Below are positions 19,540 through 28,568 of a DNA stretch of 64,000 bases, in pieces. This DNA is from Candidatus Falkowbacteria bacterium (GTDB lineage Bacteria > Patescibacteriota > Patescibacteriia > UBA11705 > JABHMO01). The DNA is taken from NCBI GenBank assembly GCA_018674305.1, contig JABHAL010000004.1:446-64445 (forward strand), written 5' to 3'. The notes under the pieces are model-generated. The model ran no database searches. It had not been told where the DNA came from and saw only the letters and a list, made by a program, of their open reading frames with translations. The position numbers and the translations under genes were made by a program. How positions within the stretch are numbered: position 1 is the first letter of the stretch; the number at the start of each line of letters is the position of its first letter.

Positions 19540-20718
19540 TTATTTCAGGCGCCAGAGAATCCGAGGAATGAATATTAAACAAATCACTCCCGCCACCAAC
19601 CAAACAATTGATACATCCAGCCACTGGGAAATATACCCACTCCCTAGCCAACCAATTGCTGCTCCTGCCTTGACTATCATTGAATTGAAGGAGCCAATTG
19701 TTGCCCTCTCTTTGGACGGAATATTTTCATGGAGATACCCCATATGAGCGGGATTAAAGACTCCACGGCCAATTTCATGCAGCCAAAACGCCCATAAAAT
19801 CAACCAGCCAGATGCGAAAATTGAGGCTACTAAAACAAAAACGCCAACCTCAATTGCTCCATAAATCATCAATATCCTTTCTGAAACACCCCTATCGATT
19901 AATCGACCACAAACAAAGTTACCTAACATTTCGAATAGTTTAATGCCAATCCAAGCAATAGAAATAATCCAAAGGCCAATCTTTTTTTCAAAAACAATTG
20001 ACCAATTCATGTTTAGTGGTTGAATAATTAATATTAGCAAGCTACCTGCTATAATCAAGCGCCAAACGTTTTTGTTCTGATAGCCGTAGTGAACACTTTT
20101 TTTTATTATTACACCCATACCACGGAAACTTTTTTTCCATCCCAGTTTTTGCTTTTCAAAATAACTCTCGTCAATAATAAATATTGACAAACCTGCAGCA
20201 ACAATAACGCCTATACCGGAAATTAAAAATGGTAATCGCAAACTACTAATGGCAACAAAGGCTCCTAATGATCCACCCAACAGAGAAGCTGCTCTAATGA
20301 CAACTTCACCGTGAGAAAACACACCACCGATTTTTTCTTTATAGCCGTTCATGTCTAATGAATCTTTGACCCAAGCATCGAGCGCACCAGAGATCATACT
20401 AACACCAAATGCAACTAACACTTCGGACAAAACAAAGAACCAGAAACTATAGCTTAAAAAATATACTATCGTTGCCAATCCAGTGATAAAGGATCCCAGA
20501 ACCACTGAGAACTTTCTTCCGAGAAAATCAGCCACCACCCCTGTTGGTACTTCAAACAAGAACACTGCAACCATAAAGGAAAAATTAATCAGACCGACTT
20601 GGTACATGTCCATGCCATTATCAAGCAAAAACAAAACGTAAATTGCATGATGAAAAGCAAATGGAAAACCATACAAAAATTTAAAGAACAAGTAACTGCG
20701 AATAATTTTCTTCGTCAT
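19540..20718 (-). CDS. MFS transporter
   Basis: 392 aa, ~12 TM segments, MFS-like loop motifs. Confidence 0.65.
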   Translation of the reverse strand: MTKKIIRSYLFFKFLYGFPFAFHHAIYVLFLLDNGMDMYQVGLINFSFMVAVFLFEVPTGVVADFLGRKFSVVLGSFITGLATIVYFLSYSFWFFVLSEVLVAFGVSMISGALDAWVKDSLDMNGYKEKIGGVFSHGEVVIRAASLLGGSLGAFVAISSLRLPFLISGIGVIVAAGLSIFIIDESYFEKQKLGWKKSFRGMGVIIKKSVHYGYQNKNVWRLIIAGSLLILIIQPLNMNWSIVFEKKIGLWIISIAWIGIKLFEMLGNFVCGRLIDRGVSERILMIYGAIEVGVFVLVASIFASGWLILWAFWLHEIGRGVFNPAHMGYLHENIPSKERATIGSFNSMIVKAGAAIGWLGSGYISQWLDVSIVWLVAGVICLIFIPRILWRLK

Positions 20719-20724
20719 AACAAA

Positions 20725-20787
20725 ACCTCCAAGGTTTTAAAATTAAATACGCCCAGCTGATCTGGCCGGACGTACTATTGGAGGTTT
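20725..20787 (-). promoter_or_regulatory. Leader structure sequestering the RBS of the MFS transporter gene
   Basis: A perfect 12-bp inverted repeat caaaacctccaa / ttggaggttttg pairs the GGAGG Shine-Dalgarno with a site ~50 nt upstream in the mRNA. Confidence 0.4.
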
Positions 20788-21035
20788 TGATAATCTATTT
20801 TATATATAAGTAAATACAACTATCTCAATAGGACTACTGGTCAAATCAGATTGAACTGAAGTTGGCGAGATGCCAAAATCAGCACCTGATGTAAAATCAG
20901 TGCCTCGCATATTAAGACAATTGTTACAATTTTTATTCATATGTTTCCCTCTACTCTTTATGACGTAAGATTAGCCAAATTGTTACACTTTTTCAAAAAA
21001 AAGAACTGACCCTAGTGAAGGTCAGTTTTCTTTTG

Positions 21036-21323
21036 CTACTTAAGTGGACTTGCTGCGACATTTCCGCAACTTGGAAGGGACAATAGCCCACTTGTTATCA
21101 ATCGTTCTTTCTCTTTTTTAAGAAAATCACGACAAGGAACACATAATTTGAAAGCCACTCTAACTGGAGCAGTTTGACACTCAGAACAACGATGCCTTAA
21201 ATGGCTCATTATAACATTTGTACTACCACAAACACAGACAATATCTCCATTTTTGGCAATATCAAAATTGTGGTCGTACTCCTTCAGATCACAGTCTTGA
21301 CAAAATACGACAATCTCTGCCAT
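21036..21323 (-). CDS. Small double zinc-ribbon protein
   Basis: 95 aa with four CxxC pairs. A terminator hairpin lies downstream. Confidence 0.45.
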   Translation of the reverse strand: MAEIVVFCQDCDLKEYDHNFDIAKNGDIVCVCGSTNVIMSHLRHRCSECQTAPVRVAFKLCVPCRDFLKKEKERLITSGLLSLPSCGNVAASPLK

Positions 21324-21437
21324 GGGCCCCCCTTCTTTATTTCATGAGAAAACAACGATGAGATTATCATAAATAAAAAGCTATGCTTTGTCAAGAAAAA
21401 ACTGACCCACATTTAAGCCAGTTTACGTTTGTATTTA

Positions 21438-21731
21438 TTATATTCCTGGGCCGTCAAAACCATCTTCTCCATCTTGCACATCCAATGCGGCTTTGTTCAT
21501 AAACCAATGATATGACTGTTCTGTTTTGTAACCAATAATCCAGGCCACCAAGGCAATACTACCAGCAAGCACATGCGCCAAAACAGGATGACTTGATCCG
21601 CCAAAAATGGTTAGACAAATTGCATCAATCAGCAAAAAAAACCAAGCACATAGAACAAAAACTCCAATGGCGTAAACAAAAGAAGCTAATAAATTTAAAA
21701 CCAGGCTAACTGGTTCTTTCTCTTTTGTCAT
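21438..21731 (-). CDS. Small membrane protein
   Basis: Two predicted TM helices. The start was trimmed to MTKEK. Confidence 0.35.
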   Translation of the reverse strand: MTKEKEPVSLVLNLLASFVYAIGVFVLCAWFFLLIDAICLTIFGGSSHPVLAHVLAGSIALVAWIIGYKTEQSYHWFMNKAALDVQDGEDGFDGPGI

Positions 21732-22105
21732 CTCGGGACCTCCGATAGCGTTGGATAACGAAAGGCTATAAGCTGGATATAGATTGTCCATTTTCCGTTT
21801 AGCTTTCCTACATGCAAAAAGCCCGGGTCACGAAACTGGATCAAGCCGTCTGTTCTTTTTTCCACTACAAACTCTTCCCAGACACCCTTTTCCAACTCCA
21901 CAGAAACCAAGATGGTTCCAGCTTCATCTTCCTCTCTCTGCCCCAAATGAACGCACTCATACCGCTCAATCTTAGAAGTCCTATCAAAAATACCCAGTCC
22001 CACCAATTCTTCGTTCGTATGGACAAAATTTTCTTTACCAAACAAAGTTATTGGTTTGCGACCATGAAGCTCACAACGTACTGGTCCTATCATGACTCCC
22101 TCCAC
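21728..22105 (-). CDS. Hypothetical protein
   Basis: 125-aa ORF with no recognisable motif. Confidence 0.35.
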   Translation of the reverse strand: MEGVMIGPVRCELHGRKPITLFGKENFVHTNEELVGLGIFDRTSKIERYECVHLGQREEDEAGTILVSVELEKGVWEEFVVEKRTDGLIQFRDPGFLHVGKLNGKWTIYIQLIAFRYPTLSEVPR

Positions 22106-22164
22106 CTTTCAATGAACAATAAAATATATTAATTTAAATCAACAATTGTGTCAACTATATTTTT

Positions 22165-23112
22165 TTATTTATTGGATCTTTTCACTCTCATCAATCCTGA
22201 ACAGGTGACAACTTCAATTCCTTTTTTTTCTAATTCATCCAAAAATAAATTAACACCAACTGAATCTGAAGAGATGTGTCCAGCAATTACAACATTGAGG
22301 TGATGTTTTTCTGCTTCTTTCTTATGTTCCTCACTCATATGCATTCCAATAATTGTTCCAATTCCTGCCTGAGCTAGCTTCTCAAAAATTTCCTTTGCGC
22401 CACTAGTTCCACCAGTGATTTCTGTTAGTGCAATCTTTCCACAAAAATTTTCTGGGCTGCCAGCAAAAAGTTTTGGGCCTGCACCTCGTTTTTTGGCCTC
22501 CGCATATTCCGGAATCTCCTCAAAAAATTCTATAACTTCACTAACATATTCGAACTTTTTACGCGCCATTTTTTTCTTCAAAAAGTTTGCAACTAAGTTG
22601 TCACACGGGGTATGTACATTGATCAAACTAGTTTTTAGAAGTCTAGCTGCATCTACTACTTTATAATGATTTATCGGACTAACTCCACGTCCAACTTCTG
22701 CAATACGCATTCTTAAACATCCTTGAGCAATATTAATCGGGATTCCATAGCCTGCTAAAACCTCAACTTGCATTTCCATTACATCATGAAGATTCGCTAG
22801 CGCTTTTCCAATGGGGTGATGTCCAATAACTAAATCAATTCCGCCAAGTTCTTTTGCCAAAAGCATTTCTGAAGTATCAATATCAATTCCGCAAAGAACC
22901 TTTTTTACTTCTTTTTTGCTGTCGAAATGAATTCCACTATCTAAAAATGGATTATCTAAACTTTCTCTATTGAAATCTTTACGTTTATCTTTCGGTAATT
23001 TATCATACTGTTCTTTTTTCTTTTTTTGTAATTGCAAAACTCGCTTTTCTCCACGTAAATCAGACTTAATTCCTAATTTTAAAGCTAAGTTGAAAATTTC
23101 TTGTACATTCAT
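22165..23112 (-). CDS. Nif3-family dinuclear metal-centre protein (GTP cyclohydrolase 1 type 2 homolog)
   Basis: DLVIGHHP and C-terminal AGHISSD motifs. Confidence 0.65.
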   Translation of the reverse strand: MNVQEIFNLALKLGIKSDLRGEKRVLQLQKKKKEQYDKLPKDKRKDFNRESLDNPFLDSGIHFDSKKEVKKVLCGIDIDTSEMLLAKELGGIDLVIGHHPIGKALANLHDVMEMQVEVLAGYGIPINIAQGCLRMRIAEVGRGVSPINHYKVVDAARLLKTSLINVHTPCDNLVANFLKKKMARKKFEYVSEVIEFFEEIPEYAEAKKRGAGPKLFAGSPENFCGKIALTEITGGTSGAKEIFEKLAQAGIGTIIGMHMSEEHKKEAEKHHLNVVIAGHISSDSVGVNLFLDELEKKGIEVVTCSGLMRVKRSNK

Positions 23113-23143
23113 ATGAATAAATAATGAATTATGAATTATGTTA

Positions 23144-23779
23144 TCACTTAATAATTAAATCAAACCACGCTTGAAAACTTGCGCCCCATTCTCGAACTGT
23201 AAACTTAAACTGTTTACCGTAACCTGTATTTTGAGCTATTACCCCAACTGCATCTACACCAAGTTCATTACAAATATATAACGCTCTACGTAAATGATAT
23301 TTCTGAGTAATTAAAACAACGCTATTTAACTCAAACTGCTCTTTTATGTTTTTACAACTGTCGTAAGTACTTAATCCCGCATGGTCAAACAACATCATCT
23401 CTTCAGGTAAACCATTATCCAATGCAAAATTTTTCATGGCCTGAACTTCATTATGATTAGCTGTACTATTATCTCCGCTCATTATGAAGCGACCGACTCG
23501 CCCCTCCTGATAAAGTCTAATGGCTGATATAACTCTATCTTGAAGCACAACTCCAGGAACACCACGAGCTTTTAATCCTGCACCAAATACTAACGCCACG
23601 TTTGGTGGAGATAAACTTTCAGGATTAACTATTTTCGAACCATACTTAAACTGAACTCGTGCCATGATCAAGAAAACAAACAAACAAAATAATAATAAAA
23701 CAAAAATAATTGTTCTAGTTGTTTTTCTGAATTCACTTGATCCACTATTTGTGCTTCCTCTTTCTATTCCAATGTCCAT
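23144..23779 (-). CDS. DUF218/YdcF-SanA-like protein
   Basis: VALVFGAGL...GDNS pattern with an N-terminal TM segment. Confidence 0.65.
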   Translation of the reverse strand: MDIGIERGSTNSGSSEFRKTTRTIIFVLLLFCLFVFLIMARVQFKYGSKIVNPESLSPPNVALVFGAGLKARGVPGVVLQDRVISAIRLYQEGRVGRFIMSGDNSTANHNEVQAMKNFALDNGLPEEMMLFDHAGLSTYDSCKNIKEQFELNSVVLITQKYHLRRALYICNELGVDAVGVIAQNTGYGKQFKFTVREWGASFQAWFDLIIK

Positions 23780-23849
23780 GTTGTAAAATCCTAAACTCTA
23801 ATATCTAAATTCTAAATAAATTCAAATGCTCAAAACCTGAATCTTTAAA

Positions 23850-25190
23850 TCACAAATTCAAAATTCCGCGAGCGACAATCAAACCTGTAGCCGCCGCCCC
23901 AGTAATATTTCCAGAAAGACCTGCACCGTCACCAGCTACATACAAACCCTTAATATTGGTTTGTAGATCTTTTTCTGTTTTTAACTTTGAAGAACGAAGT
24001 TTAATTTCTGGCGCATATAATAAAGTATGTGGCGAAGCAATGCCTGGTAAAACTTGATCCAACATTTCTAAACCTTCTTTAATGTTTTTTACAATTCTAT
24101 GAGGTAAAGCCATAGAAATATCACCCGGTGTTACATCTTTTAGACTTGGAATAACAAAACTTTTACTAATTCTTTCCCAAGTACTACGCCTTCCCTTATA
24201 TAAATCAGCCATTCTCTGCACAATTGGTTTACCTCCTCCAATTGTGGTCGCCAACTTGGCAATTGATTTAGCATAAGCAATTGTATTTTCTACCGGCTCC
24301 GTTAAAGTCACCTCACTCACAAAAGCAAAATTAGAATTTAATGAATTATGATCTGAATTTGAATGTCCATTCACACAAACAAAATCCTTGTATTGTTCTG
24401 CCGCTACATGACCTTTTGGACAAGGACAAAAAGTTCTTACCACATCATCAAAAGTTGGCGTCCTCATCATAAATACCGTTTCATACATTAAATCTGCATG
24501 TTTTTTTAAAACAGCTTCTGGAAATTCTACTCTTACACCCACTTCAACTTTTTCATAGGTGTATGGCAAATTATATTTTTCCGATATTTTTTGTAACCAG
24601 CGAGCCTTAATTCGTCCGGGCGCTAAAATAACTTTGTCGGCAAAAATGTCACCTTTATCTGTTTTCACACCCGTTACACTTGTTCCACTTATAATAATAT
24701 CAATCACTTCAGTTTGATCTTTTATAATCAGCCCTTTATTTAATAAATGATTTTCAAAATTCTCAATTACCTGTGGTAATTTATCACTACCAACATGTCG
24801 CGCTTTGCGCACAAATAATTTAATACTTTTTTTCTTGGCGTCATCTGCTAATCGATTTGCCTCATCAATATCTTTTGGATAATATTCTGCAGTTACACCA
24901 AATCTGGTAAATAATTCATCAACATAATCCAAATACTTTTGATATTCTGCTTCATTATATAAATGTAGCATTTTTTCATGACTTAAAACAGGTGTGTAAT
25001 GCAATTTACCGTCAGAAAAAGAACCAGCTCCACCAATGCCTGACATAACCTCACTTCTTTGTCGATTTTTTATTAAATTACCAAGCTCGATTAAACAAAC
25101 CTTTAGATCTGGCTTTTGATTAACCAATTCATATGCAGCAAACATTCCTGCCGGCCCTCCGCCAACAATGATCACATCAAATTTTTCCAT
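23850..25190 (-). CDS. FAD-dependent oxidoreductase (COG2509-like)
   Basis: VIIVGGGPAGMFAA Rossmann motif. Confidence 0.6.
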   Translation of the reverse strand: MEKFDVIIVGGGPAGMFAAYELVNQKPDLKVCLIELGNLIKNRQRSEVMSGIGGAGSFSDGKLHYTPVLSHEKMLHLYNEAEYQKYLDYVDELFTRFGVTAEYYPKDIDEANRLADDAKKKSIKLFVRKARHVGSDKLPQVIENFENHLLNKGLIIKDQTEVIDIIISGTSVTGVKTDKGDIFADKVILAPGRIKARWLQKISEKYNLPYTYEKVEVGVRVEFPEAVLKKHADLMYETVFMMRTPTFDDVVRTFCPCPKGHVAAEQYKDFVCVNGHSNSDHNSLNSNFAFVSEVTLTEPVENTIAYAKSIAKLATTIGGGKPIVQRMADLYKGRRSTWERISKSFVIPSLKDVTPGDISMALPHRIVKNIKEGLEMLDQVLPGIASPHTLLYAPEIKLRSSKLKTEKDLQTNIKGLYVAGDGAGLSGNITGAAATGLIVARGILNL

Positions 25191-25290
25191 AAATAATATA
25201 ATATTATTTAACACTCTTATTATACTACCACACTAATTTTCGAACCACAACAAAAAAGAGCCTTACAGTGTAGTAAGACTCTTGGTGCGG

Positions 25291-25845
25291 CTAAAAGTGG
25301 CCGCAGTATCCGTCCCAGTTGTCGACTGGGTATTGACTTTCGTCTAAGTTCCACTCACCTGTGTCCTCATCTTCCCAACCTTCACCGCAAGCGTAGCGGT
25401 AGGCCTGTCCTTCCTTCATCCCGAAGTAGAACTGGTGTGAGGCGTTGCGGCCCACCTGGTAAAACATTACCCCTTCCCGCTCCATTGAATACGGTTCAAG
25501 GCTGTCTTCAAACTCCAGATGCATGCGGATCATGGACTCAGCTCTTTCGTCGCCACCGTGCAACTTCTCAGCAAAGTCCTTAGCTGTGGCGTCACGCTTC
25601 GCGTCAACAATCTGATCATCAGCATACATTGCTTTCATCTGATCAATAATTGCCTGGTCTGTGACCAGCTCACGATCACCGAAGCTATTCTTGCGAAAAA
25701 ACACCATGCCGAAAAACGAACCTTCCGAGGTGACCATCTCGTGCTCAACCTGCCAGCCTTCTCCGATCTTGAACCCCTGGGTCTCCAGCGACTGACCATC
25801 GATCTCCACACCGGACCAAAAACTCACGTTCTTCTGCTGATTCAT
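25291..25845 (-). CDS. Hypothetical protein encoded in the GC-rich island
   Basis: 184 aa after trimming to MNQQKN with a GGAGG RBS. No family recognised. A terminator hairpin lies downstream at ~25255-25290. Confidence 0.45.
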   Translation of the reverse strand: MNQQKNVSFWSGVEIDGQSLETQGFKIGEGWQVEHEMVTSEGSFFGMVFFRKNSFGDRELVTDQAIIDQMKAMYADDQIVDAKRDATAKDFAEKLHGGDERAESMIRMHLEFEDSLEPYSMEREGVMFYQVGRNASHQFYFGMKEGQAYRYACGEGWEDEDTGEWNLDESQYPVDNWDGYCGHF

Positions 25846-25952
25846 GGTGAACCTCCAATGTATTATTAAATTTATTCTCTTCAAAAGTCAATCTTGCAAT
25901 TGACTGCTCAAGAGAGTCACCGTTGTCTGACAACGGATCATCTTTGCGTGAG

Positions 25953-26129
25953 TCACCTCTTTTTGACCCTTCCCATTCTGGGCATCCCCCCAGTGGGTTG
26001 CGAACGCATTGCCCGCTCGAACAGGTACTGCTCACGGGTTACGCTTCCACGCTCCCGACCACCAGCAGTAAACCCATTCTGACGAAGAAAACTCGTCGCC
26101 TCAGCCACCAGATTCCGCGCGTTCCGCAT
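25953..26129 (-). CDS. Small basic ORF (58 aa) directly downstream of promoter module 1
   Basis: Hand-translated as MRNARNLVAEATSFLRQNGF...GRVKKR with a GGAG RBS 8 nt upstream. It falls below the ORF-track length cutoff. Confidence 0.3.
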   Translation of the reverse strand: MRNARNLVAEATSFLRQNGFTAGGRERGSVTREQYLFERAMRSQPTGGMPRMGRVKKR

Positions 26130-26150
26130 TGGCTATCTCCTTTTGTTAAG

Positions 26151-26218
26151 CCATCAGAAAAATTAATTTTCATTAATTGCTCTGATGAATGCACAAGTAA
26201 ATGTTACTTATGCACAAG
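26151..26218 (-). promoter_or_regulatory. Promoter-like module copy 1 (conserved core plus direct repeat TGCACAAG x2)
   Basis: Shares catca...ttaattgctctgatga with copies 2-4. An RBS and ORF follow on the minus strand. Confidence 0.45.
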
Positions 26219-26812
26219 AAACGCAATGACAAGGGTTATCCACTTTACCGAGACATTTTCCCCATAATAGTATGACTTAACAACAATGGCTCACTAAAAG
26301 TCCATTGTCCCCTGTCTGAAAGGTTTGTCGCTAAGACTTTACCTTCCTTTTTAAAGAACCCTTTATAACCATAGAACGTGTATGGCTGGTTCTTTTCGTA
26401 ATGGTGCTTGCGTACACCTACGATCGTCCTAATGAACTCAACACTACCTTTTACTAGTGCTGTCTCACCCCATAGCCGGTTGAGCAATATGCTCCCGGCC
26501 TGCCCCTGAGCAACCCTTACACAATTTTTACTGCAAGTTATTGGTCATGTCGACTTAACAAATTACTTACACACTATTTTTTCGCAGTGAACTAGAATCT
26601 CAAATCTATGGCCCTTATCCCATAGACCCTCTAGCTCTGAAGAATAATATTTTCCAACGCTCCTAAGAGTCTGTTAGAAAAATTACTCTTCTCTTCAGGC
26701 TCCCCAGAAAACAACCATTGTCATGTGTTAGACAATAATCGTTTGTGAGTTCTGCCCTCGGTACTGGCTGCTGCGAACAACCTATCCCAGTGGTTTTAGA
26801 CTTTTCGCAAAG

Positions 26813-26878
26813 TCATCACAATAATCAATAAACATAATTACTCTAATGAGCACGCAAACACCTGCTACATGCGCTCGC
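26813..26878 (-). promoter_or_regulatory. Promoter-like module copy 2 (core plus imperfect palindrome gagcacgca...tgcgctc)
   Basis: gtcatcacaataatcaataaacataattactctaatga core. Sits just downstream of the small gene 26882..27064. Confidence 0.4.
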
Positions 26879-26881
26879 TAA

Positions 26882-27064
26882 CTATTTACTTGCACTTGGA
26901 GCCTTACACTCCTTACAACCTAGGCAAGGCGGGCGCCCAAACGGGTATTTTGGACAGTCTACCCGAACAGCAACCTCTCTCAAATACCTCTCATGCTCGT
27001 CTTCAATACTGAAAGGCTCGTCGGTCTCAAAATCCCAACCACTAATCATTTCGCCTTTTCTCAT
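26882..27064 (-). CDS. Small Cys-rich (zinc-ribbon) protein
   Basis: 60 aa from MRKGEM with an AAGGAG RBS. C-terminus CPKYPFGRPPCLGCKEC. Confidence 0.45.
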   Translation of the reverse strand: MRKGEMISGWDFETDEPFSIEDEHERYLREVAVRVDCPKYPFGRPPCLGCKECKAPSASK

Positions 27065-27080
27065 CACTATCTCCTTTATT

Positions 27081-27150
27081 AGAGTCATCAAAATAATCAA
27101 TTTTTATTAATTACTCTGATGATTGCACAAGCTCTAGGAGCTTGTGCAAG
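27081..27150 (-). promoter_or_regulatory. Promoter-like module copy 3 with the perfect palindrome GCACAAGCTC-TAG-GAGCTTGTGC
   Basis: Read on the minus strand as TTGTGC ... TAATTAAT ... AAGGAG ... ATG directly upstream of 26882..27064. Confidence 0.5.
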
Positions 27151-27837
27151 TAGGGAGATGACTGTAGGTGGACAATCATCAGTGCGACACTCACTCCCGA
27201 TCAAGAGAGTCTCCACCACCGCTGCTTAACGGCTGTCGCTTTGACCACACATCCTGGATTCTTGGCCACCCGCCTTGACCGCCCGAAGGCGAGGCAGGAG
27301 GCCTCCATCCAAGTTTCAAGTTAAGGGAGTGTGCGCCCCCTATAGCCTCAGTCAGTTTCTTGCATCTCCGCCCGGCCAAAGGCTTTGACACATGCGAGGG
27401 GTTGGCCTCGCTTCCGCTTTACATCGTATAAGACCCTTCCCCTGGGCCAAACACGCATTGCGGCATGGCCCGACACTGACTGATTTGCTCTACCTTTACC
27501 TTTAACATAGAATTTTATGTTAAATTCCCTGTGCTGGTAGCAGAGCGGGTCCCCTCCCGTAAGCTTGCGACTCACGACAGACAACCACCAACTTTACCGA
27601 CTCCACCTTATTGGCGTAAGGCAAGCCACTAACTTCCTTTGCTCCGACCAAGAGCTTGGACCACATCTTCTCAAGGTGACTCCCCCTGTCATTAGGGGCC
27701 CTGTTCACGATAACTCCGAAGAGCTTCTCGCTAGAAAATGTGGTGGAGATTTGGATAACAGGCAAGCCTGATACCCTGCCTTCCCCGGGATAGGGTAGAC
27801 ATATCGTTCCTTACGGAACTATCAGGCACTCCACAGC

Positions 27838-27902
27838 CATCGTAATAATCAAAGCTTTATTTAATTGCTACGATAGGTGCGCGAATATTTTTATTCACGC
27901 AA
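27838..27902 (-). promoter_or_regulatory. Promoter-like module copy 4 with the palindrome TGCGCGAATA-TTTTT-TATTCACGCA
   Basis: ccatcgtaataatcaaagctttatttaattgctacgata core. Upstream (on the minus strand) of the ORF-poor GC-rich core. Confidence 0.4.
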
Positions 27903-28519
27903 GAGTTTATTTGCGCAGTGGTAAAATGCTTTCATTTACCTGTCTAGGTTCTCGCTAAGAGTAGCCTAGACTTTTTGTATTTTGTTCTACAAAACCTTTA
28001 CTTCCTCGTATCACCTCCAATGGACGTTATCGATCTTTGTTTGGTGAGGTCAGCCAAGGCTTCAACCTGGGAAAGCAGCTGCGCGCTACCAACCGGTGCA
28101 ATATAGAACATAAATTGATAATGACCACATCTCATCCCCCAAGCCCCGAAGAACTTTAGGAAATGAGTCTAGTCTCATTAAGTTTATCTCTAAATCCCTC
28201 TGTAATATGTTGCCAGATAAATAAATTTGAATTAATGGCATTTATATAAGCGAGGGATATATTTCCGGAAACAAGGGTTCAGTTGTTACACCTACATCCT
28301 TATTTCTAGAATACAAGCAAATTGCCTGTACTGGTCGAGAACAAAAAACTTTTTTTTACTCAACATAGAAGTATAGCATGCATTTTAAAACTTGTCAAGT
28401 ACCGTCAACAAAAGTTTACTCGTTTCTACTTTTTTTATTTAATTTTAGCTAAATCATAACACTGAAAACTGTTGAAACGCTTCGTCGTAAATCGCGAGCA
28501 GAATCGCTTTAATTTTCCT

Positions 28520-28556
28520 AAAACAAAAACAGCCCCTTTAACAGGGCTGTTTTTAG
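28520..28556. terminator. Intrinsic terminator downstream of ileS (cagccctgttaaaggggctg plus T-run)
   Basis: Hairpin with run read directly. Confidence 0.7.
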
Positions 28557-28568
28557 AATATGCTTATC

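Noticed and set aside
27191-27765. Three overlapping minus-strand ORFs in successive frames, considered as a frameshifted pseudogene
   Set aside because: The translations show no recognisable domain. GC-rich noncoding sequence generates such ORFs by chance. The interval is kept only as a candidate ncRNA or decayed region, not called a pseudogene.
26100-28300. Manual search for tmRNA (CCA-ending tRNA-like 3' end, ALAA-type tag) and RNase P RNA (GGAAAGTCCGG, ACAGAACCCGGCTTA)
   Set aside because: Only trivial fragments were found (CTCCACCA, GCTGCTTAA). No coherent arrangement could be built.
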